Part shown: positions 8,956 to 18,477 of the stretch, one piece after another | Layout of the letters: every line of letters begins with the position of its first letter | How positions within the stretch are numbered: position 1 is the stretch's first letter | Virus record (IMG/VR): IMGVR_UViG_3300012347_000364 | Location: 89,019-153,018 of that record | From: a virus | Taxonomy: Duplodnaviria > Heunggongvirae > Uroviricota > Caudoviricetes | Direction: 5' to 3' (one strand) | DNA: 64,000 bases | Made by a program: the position numbers and the translations under genes | The notes under the pieces: model-generated | What the model saw: the letters and a program-made list of their open reading frames with translations, nothing else | Told to the model about the DNA's origin: nothing | Databases searched by the model: none

Positions 8956-9213
8956 ATGAAAACGATTATCGCTCACGGTGACTACACCGTCTCTTTCAAT
9001 ACTGAAATGGGTGATTATGAAGTTGGTGAGTCATCACGAGATTCTGTTGATTTTGCAGGTGACGACATGTTCGAACTTGCAGCAGAAGTGATTGCTGACG
9101 ATCCTTCATATCCATTGGTGTTCGAACGAGTAGAGGATGATTGGGTTGTTGGTGTGTTTCGTAGTGTTGAAGATGATTATGTCGTCGCTGTTATGTTTAA
9201 AGGGAGTTTCTAA
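8956..9213 (+). CDS. acidic hypothetical early protein
   Basis: Own cassette promoter at 8904; AGGAG SD. Confidence 0.7.
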   Translation: MKTIIAHGDYTVSFNTEMGDYEVGESSRDSVDFAGDDMFELAAEVIADDPSYPLVFERVEDDWVVGVFRSVEDDYVVAVMFKGSF

Positions 9214-9581
9214 TGTCTACACGCAGCTTTATTGGTTTTGACAACGGCATTCGTTTAGAAGGCAATTACTGTCATTATGACGGCTACCCTGATCATGTTG
9301 GTATGATTCTGGTTGAGCATCACAATTCGTATGAGGCTATGCGCGAATTGGTGAAAGGTCCTCAAATCCGTAATTTCGACAATGACGGCACGGTGTGTCG
9401 CTTTGGTGATAATGAAAGTGGTGTCGAGTATGCAAACTCTGCACTAGAGATTCTGAATGCAGGATACGACTACGCATATCTGTTCGGTAACGGCAAATGG
9501 CGTTGTTTCACGAAAGACCGTTCACTACCACATCCTGTGAAAGAAGTCAACATCCCTCATAATACCCTTATGCCTGAGTAA
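9213..9581 (+). CDS. conserved phage protein (STRS...YCHYDGYP family)
   Basis: MSTRSFIG...YCHYDGYPDHVG motif, which recurs in many phages; function unknown. Confidence 0.7.
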   Translation: MSTRSFIGFDNGIRLEGNYCHYDGYPDHVGMILVEHHNSYEAMRELVKGPQIRNFDNDGTVCRFGDNESGVEYANSALEILNAGYDYAYLFGNGKWRCFTKDRSLPHPVKEVNIPHNTLMPE

Positions 9582-9641
9582 GGTATTGGTTGACCTTTTT
9601 TCCAAGAGCCCTTATAATAGAGTCATCTAAAGGAGATCTAC

Positions 9642-9986
9642 ATGATTATTTTACCACAAGACGAGAAGTTGTTTGTTCCACATTACATGCTGCAAAAGCT
9701 GTTATTTGACAAGGCGTTGATCAAACAACTAGCCATTCAAATCGTTGCAGGGCAAGTGGAGGCACACATCGAGATGGGCTGCGATATGTCGAACGAGTAT
9801 AATAATCATGCAGATGCTGCAGCGATGATTGGCGATGCAAAAACAACTGCAGAGGAATACTTCGCAGATTTAGTGACTGAATTCCGTGATGCGGTGTATG
9901 AGTCAATCCGTGCTGTTGACATCAAAGTGAAATCAACGACATTCACAGCAGAGGGCTTGGAAGACGCAGAAGTAGAGGTGAAATAA
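9642..9986 (+). CDS. hypothetical early protein
   Basis: Cassette promoter at 9590; AAGGAG SD. Confidence 0.7.
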   Translation: MIILPQDEKLFVPHYMLQKLLFDKALIKQLAIQIVAGQVEAHIEMGCDMSNEYNNHADAAAMIGDAKTTAEEYFADLVTEFRDAVYESIRAVDIKVKSTTFTAEGLEDAEVEVK

Positions 9987-10168
9987 TGTATACAATCGAT
10001 GAATTTGAAATGCTGATGAATGAGTCTTTCCCTGCGGTAATGCTAAGCGGTCGCGAGTATGGCCGCGGCACATTATTGCGTGCAGTCGATCCAAAGCAAT
10101 TCGAAATCGAATTCCATGACTGGATGCATTATTTGGATGAGGTGGTTGAAGGAGAGATGAATGACTAA
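9986..10168 (+). CDS. hypothetical protein
   Basis: GAGG SD; coupled to previous ORF. Confidence 0.65.
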   Translation: MYTIDEFEMLMNESFPAVMLSGREYGRGTLLRAVDPKQFEIEFHDWMHYLDEVVEGEMND

Positions 10169-10367
10169 TTACGAATTCGGTATGTTTTCTGATGATGGCG
10201 AAGCTGCTGTCGCTGAATTGATCACCTTCGCAGGGAAGTATGCATTGACTGACAGCACTATCAATGCGCTGCTTGATGCATTGTCGAAAGAAGAAGTATA
10301 CTCAGAAGCCACAGATACAGTGGTCCGAGATCGTGTGTTTGCCTACTTGAATCGTGCGTCTTGGTAA
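10161..10367 (+). CDS. hypothetical protein
   Basis: AAGGAG SD. Confidence 0.65.
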   Translation: MTNYEFGMFSDDGEAAVAELITFAGKYALTDSTINALLDALSKEEVYSEATDTVVRDRVFAYLNRASW

Positions 10368-10444
10368 GCTTACAAAGTTGAAGGTTATTCGTTGACTGAA
10401 TGTTCAATTGACCTTATAATAGAGTCATTGCAAACAAAGGATGA

Positions 10445-11056
10445 ATGATGTATAAGATCGCTGAGTATGATTTGGTCAACATTGGCCGCAACGGTATGGG
10501 ATCGATTCGCTGTAAGGTGACTGGCTTCTGGAGTGGCGATTCGATCACTCTGTATATTGATCGTCGCTTTAGCACGGCAACTGAGCCTGGTTGGAGAATC
10601 ACGCTATCTAACTCTTCCGGAGGCCGCGATACTGATGAGGTTGCAGACGACCTAGATGCATACAAGAATTATGCTGCTGCACTCGAAGCGATGTGTGACG
10701 TTGGTAAGATGGTTCGTATGGAGCTCCCTAAGATGGAAGCCGCATATCAAGTGCAACGCGAAGCGGATCGTCAAGAGCGTGAGGCTCAAAAGGCTGCTGA
10801 ACAAGCAATCATTGATGCTGATGAGCGATTGACTGAAGTAGGTGCGACTTTGCTAGTGGAAGAGATGGCTCTGACAGGCGCATATGCACACGCTTTTTAT
10901 CGTGGCGGCGATCATCCAAGATTGGTTGAGTGTGTTCGTCGCGAAAAGACGAAGTACTACTTTGGTGGCTCTATCATAGCTAAGAAGGCTCTGATTACTA
11001 AGTTGGCTGAGATGTCAGCACGTTCACGTATTCCTGCGGAACTGAAGGCAGCTTAA
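10445..11056 (+). CDS. hypothetical early protein
   Basis: Cassette promoter at 10392. Confidence 0.75.
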   Translation: MMYKIAEYDLVNIGRNGMGSIRCKVTGFWSGDSITLYIDRRFSTATEPGWRITLSNSSGGRDTDEVADDLDAYKNYAAALEAMCDVGKMVRMELPKMEAAYQVQREADRQEREAQKAAEQAIIDADERLTEVGATLLVEEMALTGAYAHAFYRGGDHPRLVECVRREKTKYYFGGSIIAKKALITKLAEMSARSRIPAELKAA

Positions 11057-11138
11057 TAAGCTTCTGGGGTGTAAGGTTACTCGTTGACCTTTTCCTCAGA
11101 ATCAAAGATAATAGACACATACAAACAAAGGAAATCAA

Positions 11139-11294
11139 ATGAACTCAATCATCGCTATGACTGCACACCTGTATGCACCTAAATCTGTTGCTGAAATTAT
11201 GGCTAAGATCGAACTGAGCTTACGTGCTCAAACTGAGCAATCGGTATATCACGAGGCACGTCTTGAGACTCCTGTTGAAGTGGTTGAAGATTAA
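11139..11294 (+). CDS. hypothetical early protein (51 aa, not in ORF track)
   Basis: Cassette promoter at 11084; AAGGA SD; MNSIIAMTAHLYAPK... Confidence 0.6.
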   Translation: MNSIIAMTAHLYAPKSVAEIMAKIELSLRAQTEQSVYHEARLETPVEVVED

Positions 11295-11372
11295 GCTTAC
11301 AAAGCAGAAGGTTACTTGTTGACCTTTTCTCAGAAATCACTTATAATAGAGTCATACTAAGGAGAGATCAAC

Positions 11373-11561
11373 ATGGCTACATTCTTTTATCAGTCAGGTG
11401 CAGGAAGCACTACTCAAGCGTATTTGGGAAGCGTAAAGACATGCCCACATTGCGGTGGTCAGAAGCCTAAGGGCGAATTCAAGATGGTTAACGGCGAATC
11501 TGTTTGCGTTGAGTGTCAAGAGGAAATCAAAGAGGAAATGCTAGCACAAATCGTTAGTTGA
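11373..11561 (+). CDS. small zinc-finger protein
   Basis: CPHC...CVEC; cassette promoter at 11319. Confidence 0.7.
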   Translation: MATFFYQSGAGSTTQAYLGSVKTCPHCGGQKPKGEFKMVNGESVCVECQEEIKEEMLAQIVS

Positions 11562-11613
11562 CCTTTTTGACAGAATCGAAGATAATAGACTCAGAAACAA
11601 ACAAAGGGAAAAC

Positions 11614-12480
11614 ATGGATATCGTATTTGAAGGCAACCAGTTCGTTGCGAAGTTGGATGGTGTTGTTGTTGCTAGCTCTAAGAACCGTGACTACTTGAAG
11701 CGTAAGATTCAAAGCATGGCAGCTGCTCTTCCTGTAAAGCCTAAGGCTGTGGAAGAGTTTGCGATCAACGACCGTTTCACCTTCACTGAGCAATTGGTAA
11801 CGATGGTTGCTACTGGCCAGACTGCTAGCTGCGTCGTGACTGGCGAAGGTGGTTTGGGCAAGTCATATACTGTGATGAAGGCTTTGAAGGCTGCTGGCTT
11901 GACTGATATCTCTGAGATGGAAGTCGGTTCGGTTGTTCAGACACGTAAGTGTTTCCGTGTCGTGAAAGGCTTCTCGACTGCTAAGGGTCTGTATAAGATT
12001 TTGTGTGAGAACAAGAATGCAATCTTGGTGTTCGATGATTGTGATTCTATTCTGAAGGATCCAGATGCATTGAACTTGTTGAAGGGTGCTTTGGATTCAT
12101 ACGACAAGCGTATCATCACATGGAATTCATCTATCAATGACGACGGCCTGCCTCGTAGCTTTGAGTTCAAGGGTGGTGTTGTGTTCATTAGTAACATGGC
12201 TCAAGACCGTATCTCTCAAGCTATCCGTAGCCGAGCAATGAATGTTGACTTGTCTATGACCACAGACCAGAAGATTGAGCGTATGGAATCAATCATGTCT
12301 GCAGCTGAGTTCTTGCCTGAGATTCCATTGTCATACAAGCAAGATGCATTGAAGACTATTCGTGCGAACAAAGATGTTGCAAGCGAGATCTCTTTGCGTA
12401 CACTGATCAACGTTACTAAGATCCGAAACTCTGGTAACAAGAACTGGGCTGAATTAGCCAAGTATATGCTGGTCAATTAA
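11614..12480 (+). CDS. AAA+/P-loop ATPase
   Basis: Walker A GEGGLGKS, Walker B LVFDDCD, sensor-1 VFISN, SR motif. Confidence 0.85.
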   Translation: MDIVFEGNQFVAKLDGVVVASSKNRDYLKRKIQSMAAALPVKPKAVEEFAINDRFTFTEQLVTMVATGQTASCVVTGEGGLGKSYTVMKALKAAGLTDISEMEVGSVVQTRKCFRVVKGFSTAKGLYKILCENKNAILVFDDCDSILKDPDALNLLKGALDSYDKRIITWNSSINDDGLPRSFEFKGGVVFISNMAQDRISQAIRSRAMNVDLSMTTDQKIERMESIMSAAEFLPEIPLSYKQDALKTIRANKDVASEISLRTLINVTKIRNSGNKNWAELAKYMLVN

Positions 12481-12537
12481 CTGTTGACCTTTTCAAGGAA
12501 ATGCCTTATAATAGAGGCATACTAAGGAGAACACAGA

Positions 12538-12950
12538 TGACTGACCAAGCATACCTAACACGCAAGCTGAAGCACTACAATGAGTGGCTGCTAGATGACA
12601 AGCGTGAGTTCGGGAAGCCCTACCCAGGTTTTCCTGAAGACAACAAGAAGCCTTCCCGCAAGAAGGCACCTGTAACGATCGCCCCTGTGGCACCATTGAA
12701 ACGTGAAAAAGGAAAGAAAATGAACTCTGTTATGAAAATCGAAGCGACTGGTGTGAAGATGACTAAGCTGTCTCGTGGCCCTAAGGCTGGTACGAAGCAA
12801 GCTAAGGCAATCGACATCGTGAAGGTTGTTGGTGTGGATAATAAGGCAGGTGCGATCGAGAAGATCATGTCTGAGTTGTCTATGTCTAAGGCTGGTGCGA
12901 CTACGTACTTCCATAACGCTAAGAATCTGTTGGCATCAGCAGAGGCGTGA
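12538..12950 (+). CDS. basic, putative DNA-binding early protein
   Basis: Cassette promoter at 12484; AAGGAG SD; C-terminal helical KAIDI...IMSELSMSKAGATTYF motif. Confidence 0.65.
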
Positions 12951-12954
12951 TCGG

Positions 12955-12970
12955 AGAGGCTTCGGCCTCT
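12955..12970 (+). terminator. cUUCGg hairpin (terminator or processing site)
   Basis: AGAGGC-TTCG-GCCTCT immediately after the stop; no U-tract. Confidence 0.5.
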
Positions 12971-13043
12971 TAAAATAACTGTTGACTTTTGAACTGAAAC
13001 GTGTATAATCAGCCTTGTGCTGGAAAAGATAAAAGGAACTAAT

Positions 13044-13175
13044 ATGAACGCAATCCAATCTATGGTCTACACTTTGACCACACCCGTTGAAGTTCAATTG
13101 TCAGCGATTGAAACCATCTTGACTGAATATAAAGGCGAAGCCGTACAATACTTGAAGAGCAACGCCAAAGAGTAA
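13044..13175 (+). CDS. hypothetical small protein (43 aa)
   Basis: AAGGA SD behind the promoter at 12982. Confidence 0.5.
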   Translation: MNAIQSMVYTLTTPVEVQLSAIETILTEYKGEAVQYLKSNAKE

Positions 13176-13429
13176 CATCGTGGTAATTACAATCGCTGGG
13201 AAGCGGTCAGCATAACGAGGGTGATGACCTCACTGGATCCGGCCTACTGTGAAGTACGCTAGCGGTCTCTATATTGAAATGTGAATGCGGTGGTATGGGC
13301 CGAATTACTGGGCGAGTGCTTCCTACATGCAGGAGCGGCAGTAGTACATTTCAATATAGTTTTGTCATGTTGTTTCCCCTGATCCTTATTGGATCCTTCT
13401 GCCCCCGCTTAATGCGGGGGTCTTTTTTT
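13176..13429 (+). ncRNA. candidate structured non-coding RNA
   Basis: No ORF. Perfect 14-bp stem 13269-13282/13346-13359 encloses nested hairpins; further hairpins lie upstream; ends in a terminator. Confidence 0.5.
13402..13429 (+). terminator. rho-independent terminator
   Basis: CCCCCGC-TTAAT-GCGGGGG-TC followed by a T-run. Confidence 0.85.
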
Positions 13430-13615
13430 GCCTGATTGATATTCCCGCAGCAGGGCCATGCGGTTAAACCGCTATTGAAAACGTTTTATTTCGATTCTAT
13501 TCTCAAATCTGTGTATTGATCGGTGAAGTAATATCCTACTAGGATGTAAGCTTACCTGTTGTACAAAGTCCAAAAAGGTCTTATAATAGAGTCATTGCAA
13601 ACGAGGGGAATCGAA

Positions 13616-13762
13616 ATGAAGGTACGTGAATTGATAGAATGGTTGGAAGGGTTTGATGGTGAGTTGGTGGTGCGTGGTTCCTATAACGGCGGTGAATATG
13701 AGTCTGACTTGGAGCTGCTGGACATAGAGAAGCGCGAAGGCGAAGTTTGGTTGTTGGACTAA
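13616..13762 (+). CDS. hypothetical small protein
   Basis: Cassette promoter at 13559; GAGGGG SD. Confidence 0.6.
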   Translation: MKVRELIEWLEGFDGELVVRGSYNGGEYESDLELLDIEKREGEVWLLD

Positions 13763-13772
13763 GGAGATAGCG

Positions 13773-13958
13773 ATGAGTACGAATTCAAATTACATTGATG
13801 CGCAATTGTTTCAGGTAGCTCCACTGCCATTGGAAGAATCCAACTATCCATATGGCTTTGATATTCAAATCAGTCAACAAGGCCGTAAGACCAATCACTT
13901 GCGAATCACAGCTGAGCAGATGCGTAAGATTGAGAATGTGTTGAGGGGCATTGAATAG
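13773..13958 (+). CDS. hypothetical protein
   Basis: AAGGAG SD. Confidence 0.65.
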   Translation: MSTNSNYIDAQLFQVAPLPLEESNYPYGFDIQISQQGRKTNHLRITAEQMRKIENVLRGIE

Positions 13959-14012
13959 CCAGTTGACCTTTTCTCCACAATCGGAGATAATGGAAGCACA
14001 ACAGGAGGTAAT

Positions 14013-14459
14013 ATGAAACGCGGCGAAATGTTAGACAAAGCACTATTGATTGCAACCAATGCACATCATGGCCAATTCGACAAAGGCGGTGCCCCATATA
14101 TTCTCCATCCGCTGAAAGTGATGCATTACCTCAAGTCGGCTGATGAAGAGTTGATGTGCATGGCTTTGATGCATGATGTGATTGAGGACACAAACGTCAC
14201 ATACAAAGACTTGCGCGATGCTGGTATCAGTGAGCGAGTGATTGCTGCTCTCAAGTGTTTGACTAAGCAACGCGGCCAAACTCTAGAAGAGTATAAGGAA
14301 GTGATCTTCAGCAACACAGATGCAATGAAAGTCAAGATGGCTGACTTGCGACACAACAGCGATATCCGTCGATTGAAGGGTGTCACAGAAAAAGACCTAG
14401 CACGGATGGCCAAGTACCATCAGTTCTATTTGGAAATCAAAGCAAAATTGGAGATGTAA
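14013..14459 (+). CDS. stand-alone HD-domain protein of the RelA/SpoT hydrolase type (small alarmone hydrolase/Mesh1-like)
   Basis: ALLIATNAHHGQFDKGGAPYILHP...ALMHDVIEDT...VKMADLRHN. Confidence 0.85.
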   Translation: MKRGEMLDKALLIATNAHHGQFDKGGAPYILHPLKVMHYLKSADEELMCMALMHDVIEDTNVTYKDLRDAGISERVIAALKCLTKQRGQTLEEYKEVIFSNTDAMKVKMADLRHNSDIRRLKGVTEKDLARMAKYHQFYLEIKAKLEM

Positions 14460-14659
14460 TGATTGTAACAGATGTGACGTTTACTGTGTATCCTCAAGAG
14501 GACTACCAATATCAAGTGTGTGCTGGCGAGATGTTGACTGTCACGTATAAGGAGTCGGCCGGCCAAGAGATTTACATCGGCTTTGGATCAGTCGAAGAGA
14601 TGCGAGCAGTCGCTATGGCAATGCTGAAAGCATGTGAAGTGAAGGAACAGTTGAAATGA
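14459..14659 (+). CDS. hypothetical protein, tandem paralog A
   Basis: V.P.EDY.Y...FGS.EEMRAVA motif shared with the next ORF. Confidence 0.7.
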   Translation: MIVTDVTFTVYPQEDYQYQVCAGEMLTVTYKESAGQEIYIGFGSVEEMRAVAMAMLKACEVKEQLK

Positions 14660-14853
14660 TTGACACAGCAGTAACCGTATCAGTATGCCCCGACGAGGAT
14701 TATTACTATGACATTAAAGTGTCAGATGATGAGCTCGCAGTATTCGTCCATAATAAGAATGGCGAAACTACACAGCAAATCAACTTCGGGTCGAATGATG
14801 AAATGCGGGCAGTCGCAAAGGCAATCAACAACGCGCTAAGCATGAGACTGTAA
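14656..14853 (+). CDS. hypothetical protein, tandem paralog B
   Basis: V.PDEDY.Y...FGSNDEMRAVA. Confidence 0.7.
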   Translation: MIDTAVTVSVCPDEDYYYDIKVSDDELAVFVHNKNGETTQQINFGSNDEMRAVAKAINNALSMRL

Positions 14854-14937
14854 TACCCATACAAAGAAGAAGGACACTAGTTGTCCTTTTTCCTTTTTGG
14901 ACAGATAATGGAGTCATAGCAAACAAAGGACAGCATC

Positions 14938-15213
14938 ATGCGTAATCCACTAGACTTCATTCCTCACTTGATCCTGGGTTGCATCATTGCAATGCCTGTC
15001 TTGCTGTTCGTGTGTGCTATTGATCAAGGCTTTGGCTCTGATAGGGTGTTGGACACATATTCAGGTCAGAAGTCAGTTTGTACTCGCTATCAATACAACA
15101 ACAGCTTGAAGTCTACCCAGTGCGTTGAGCGTGTGTTGGTTGCCGCTACCTGCAAGAAGGTTGAACATACAGGTCCAATCTTTGGCACATTCACTAACGA
15201 CCGTTGCGAGTAA
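14938..15213 (+). CDS. membrane-anchored Cys-containing protein
   Basis: N-terminal TM segment; four Cys in the exported part. Confidence 0.65.
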   Translation: MRNPLDFIPHLILGCIIAMPVLLFVCAIDQGFGSDRVLDTYSGQKSVCTRYQYNNSLKSTQCVERVLVAATCKKVEHTGPIFGTFTNDRCE

Positions 15214-15224
15214 GGAGAAACATC

Positions 15225-15494
15225 ATGGACAAATCACAATACTTCCCAGACATCCCCGGTGCTGCAGAATACTACTGCGAAGTGATTAAACCAAGCGAGA
15301 TGGTCGCTAAGGCATTTGAAGTGATTGAGATGCAATTCTTCGCTGCATATGGTGGCTGCACTCGTGGATACTCTTCAGAGCGTAAGGTAGCTGAGGCATC
15401 CACCAAAGAGATCGCCGAACAAATCGCTAAGAAGTGGTCTGCAGATCGTGGCATTGCCGCACCGTTCTATTACTACGCACAGGAAGCGAAGTAA
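15225..15494 (+). CDS. hypothetical protein
   Basis: AAGGAG SD. Confidence 0.65.
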   Translation: MDKSQYFPDIPGAAEYYCEVIKPSEMVAKAFEVIEMQFFAAYGGCTRGYSSERKVAEASTKEIAEQIAKKWSADRGIAAPFYYYAQEAK

Positions 15495-15706
15495 GGTATA
15501 AAGTACCAACCTTATTTTGAAGGTTATTTGTTGTCCGAAGTCCAAAACGGTGTATAATTGGACACATCAACCGGAGAACATAATGAAACTCGTAATCGCA
15601 ACAGTCTTGATCATCATGCTAGCAATTGCTGTTGCGGGCGAGCCAACAGGCAAGTGTGTTGGGATGTGTCGTGCGAATGCTGGTTTGGCAAAATAAGGGG
15701 AATATA

Positions 15707-15910
15707 ATGAAAATCGAATCCATGTTTTATATCGCTTTGGGTACAGTAGTCGACTTTATCGAGAAGGCCGATTCATACAAAGCGTTCGTTGAGTTGGCAG
15801 AATCGACAGATGAAGCTAACCGCTATGCTCGTCGTGCACTCAAGTACAAGGCCAAGGCCATCGTTGGTTTTGATCGTGAAATGGACCGTTTGATGAATGA
15901 ATACAAATGA
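15707..15910 (+). CDS. hypothetical protein
   Basis: AAGGGG SD before ATG 15707. Confidence 0.6.
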   Translation: MKIESMFYIALGTVVDFIEKADSYKAFVELAESTDEANRYARRALKYKAKAIVGFDREMDRLMNEYK

Positions 15911-16185
15911 TCACAGTAGAAACATCACTGCCCCCAGGTATGGAGTTTGATTGGGAAGGCAACCCACGTTACCAGAAGAGCTGGTACCAAGTGTTTGAAT
16001 GTACCGACCCAGAGGATCACTGGAGCTACGGACACACCAAAGTCCTTTTTGAAAGCGATAACCTTGGCAAGGCACATAGCTACGCCTACAATGCGTGGCT
16101 TGAGGATAAGACTAGGATCTACACAATCATCCAAGCGTGCGATGAATCATGCCGTGGTGGATACGGCTTTGCGGAAGAGGAATGA
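15907..16185 (+). CDS. hypothetical protein
   Basis: Overlapping start/stop. Confidence 0.65.
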   Translation: MITVETSLPPGMEFDWEGNPRYQKSWYQVFECTDPEDHWSYGHTKVLFESDNLGKAHSYAYNAWLEDKTRIYTIIQACDESCRGGYGFAEEE

Positions 16186-16421
16186 ATACAATGAAGCTGA
16201 CTAGTAAAAAGGATTTCACATCTAATCACACAGACTACTACACTGTGTTTGATGATGGCGTTGAGATTGGGTTCTATTCACGTCGATGTGGCGTGGATCC
16301 GGTAGAGTTCGCGTTCTTCTTTGACTGTGACAGTATTGTATACGATAGTCCTACTTTTGCTAGCAAGAAGGAATTGTTTGAACATCTGAATACCCTTCAA
16401 CTTTGTATGGTTGCTAGTTGA
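16182..16421 (+). CDS. hypothetical protein
   Basis: GAGG SD; overlapping start/stop. Confidence 0.6.
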   Translation: MNTMKLTSKKDFTSNHTDYYTVFDDGVEIGFYSRRCGVDPVEFAFFFDCDSIVYDSPTFASKKELFEHLNTLQLCMVAS

Positions 16422-16473
16422 CCGAAGTCCTTTTTGGACAGATAATAGAGTCATAGCAAACAAGGAGTTAAAG

Positions 16474-16656
16474 ATGGGACGAGCAAGTACTGAGATGCGT
16501 GAATATCAAGAAGAGTTCACCAATGCATTGGAAGTTGAGATGTTCACACCTGAGCAGATGAAGACTATGTTGTTGGATGCTGTCCGTTTTATGAATCCAC
16601 ACGAGATGGATCGCTTGTTGGCTACTGTTGGAAAAGATCGTTGGGATCTACCTTAA
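16474..16656 (+). CDS. hypothetical early protein
   Basis: Cassette promoter at 16418; AAGGAG SD. Confidence 0.65.
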   Translation: MGRASTEMREYQEEFTNALEVEMFTPEQMKTMLLDAVRFMNPHEMDRLLATVGKDRWDLP

Positions 16657-16718
16657 TTCGGTTGTCCGAAGTCCAAAAAGGTCTTATAATAGAGTCATAG
16701 CAAACAAAGGACAGCATC

Positions 16719-16937
16719 ATGTTTAACAGCGAATCCAAAATCCGAGCAATGAAGAAGCATATTGAATTGCGTGAGCAGTTCTGGGAGATCAAGTACAACG
16801 TCTTCCAGCGTGCATATGCAATGTTCCGTATGACGTTTCATTCTGAGGAATTGATTCGCAAAGCTAACGTTGGTGTGAATACGTGGATTGCTGACTATGG
16901 TACAGCAAAGGCATTGAAACAAGCAATCGAGGGCTAA
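16719..16937 (+). CDS. hypothetical early protein
   Basis: Cassette promoter at 16662. Confidence 0.65.
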   Translation: MFNSESKIRAMKKHIELREQFWEIKYNVFQRAYAMFRMTFHSEELIRKANVGVNTWIADYGTAKALKQAIEG

Positions 16938-16940
16938 GCA

Positions 16941-17129
16941 ATGTACATCGAAATGACAACACTCGCAATCCCAACATTCCTCATCAAGTTGATCACTGTG
17001 ATTGCAGCAGCACTTGTAGTTTGGTTTGTGTTGGTTATTCTGGGCACGGCTTTGTACAGCTACATGACAGCACGTGCAATCGAGAAGCAAATGAAGATTG
17101 ATGCAGAGATCGATCGTCTCCACAAGTAA
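16941..17129 (+). CDS. small membrane protein
   Basis: Single long hydrophobic segment. Confidence 0.65.
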   Translation: MYIEMTTLAIPTFLIKLITVIAAALVVWFVLVILGTALYSYMTARAIEKQMKIDAEIDRLHK

Positions 17130-17213
17130 GTACCCATACACTTTTGAAGGTTATCTGTTGTCCGAAGTCCGAAAAGGTCTTATAATTGAGTCAACAAACA
17201 AAGGAACACTCAA

Positions 17214-17603
17214 ATGTACAGCTTCTATCCAACAGCAGATATTCCAGTCGATCACGCAGGCCTGTTCATCGTAGGCATGGTATGTGCTACGTGGCTGGTT
17301 GTTTGCTTGTTCAATTGTGCGGAAGAGTTCTTTGTCAACTTCTTCTTCGTGGCAATCATCATGGCTATCAGCTACGGTGTGAGCTACCATTGGACAAGCC
17401 AGGAAGTGAAGACATTCAAGAATGAGAAGGTCACTGCTGAATTCGTTGGCTTTCAACCTGAAGGCTATCGCGAGAAGTCTGGCAAGTCAATGGTCGACAA
17501 ACACTATATGTACGTTGTGTATTCAGTGAATGGTGATCCAGTAATCTTGCAAGGTCAGCCTGGCCAGACATATCCAAAGACCGTAATCCTCTATAAGAAC
17601 TAA
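17214..17603 (+). CDS. membrane protein (two TM segments plus an OB-like C-terminus)
   Basis: Cassette promoter at 17158; two hydrophobic segments. Confidence 0.7.
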   Translation: MYSFYPTADIPVDHAGLFIVGMVCATWLVVCLFNCAEEFFVNFFFVAIIMAISYGVSYHWTSQEVKTFKNEKVTAEFVGFQPEGYREKSGKSMVDKHYMYVVYSVNGDPVILQGQPGQTYPKTVILYKN

Positions 17604-17664
17604 AGTGCTACGTTGACCTTTTGACCTTTTTAGAAGATAATAGAGTCATACTAAGGAGAGAACG

Positions 17665-17871
17665 ATGAACAAGTTTGAGTTTGAGATGACAGCTGAGAAT
17701 GCAGCAAAAGCAGTTTGTGGTGCTAGTATGCAATTCTACGCAGGTACGTTGTTTGTCAAGTGCAATTCGATCGAAGCTGCACGAATCGAAACAGCATTGA
17801 TCGAAGCTTTGAAGTGTGGTGTGATCGTAGGTAAAGTTGGTCCTGAATTCTGCTACGATTTCACAGCATGA
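17665..17871 (+). CDS. hypothetical early protein
   Basis: Cassette promoter at 17613; AAGGAG SD. Confidence 0.7.
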   Translation: MNKFEFEMTAENAAKAVCGASMQFYAGTLFVKCNSIEAARIETALIEALKCGVIVGKVGPEFCYDFTA

Positions 17872-18156
17872 AATATATCCTGATCACAAACACCGGTAAG
17901 GTGTTCACATTCTATCTCAAAGCCGTAGCAGAAACATACCAACAAGCATATGGCGGAACAATCATCAACGAACAGGTAAAGGAAATCGCATAATGTCAGT
18001 CACTATCCCTCACAGCTCCTTGTTTCACACTCCACAATCACTAGAAGAACTGCAAGAGTATTGCATGCAGTATTCAGGCGCAGAGCGACAGATCGCATTC
18101 GTAGCGTCTATGATGGCACTCAATCTGGCACACAAGATGGTAACAGAGGCACAGCA

Positions 18157-18477
18157 ATGATCCTAGCAGCAGAGCAGACCACTTGGGCAGACGGCACTGA
18201 CCGTAACGGCACATACCTGCTCAGCAATGACAGGACGAAGATGTATGCGTTTGCTCCGTATGGTAGTAGCGATCTGAAGTTCTTCAAATTCCCAATCAAG
18301 ATTGAGGTGAAGGGACGTAAGTTCTTAGTGCTAGACAGAAGCGAAGACGAACCAGACGAAGGCGTACGCGTTGAAGGGAGTAATGGTGCCGTATATTACG
18401 TGCATCAGGGACGGTGTACGTGTCCGGGCTATAAGTTTCGTGGTGAGTGCAAGCATCTGGCATTAGCAGCAGCGTGA
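18157..18477 (+). CDS. SWIM zinc-finger protein
   Basis: CTCPGYKFRGECKH (CxCx7CxH). Confidence 0.75.
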   Translation: MILAAEQTTWADGTDRNGTYLLSNDRTKMYAFAPYGSSDLKFFKFPIKIEVKGRKFLVLDRSEDEPDEGVRVEGSNGAVYYVHQGRCTCPGYKFRGECKHLALAAA

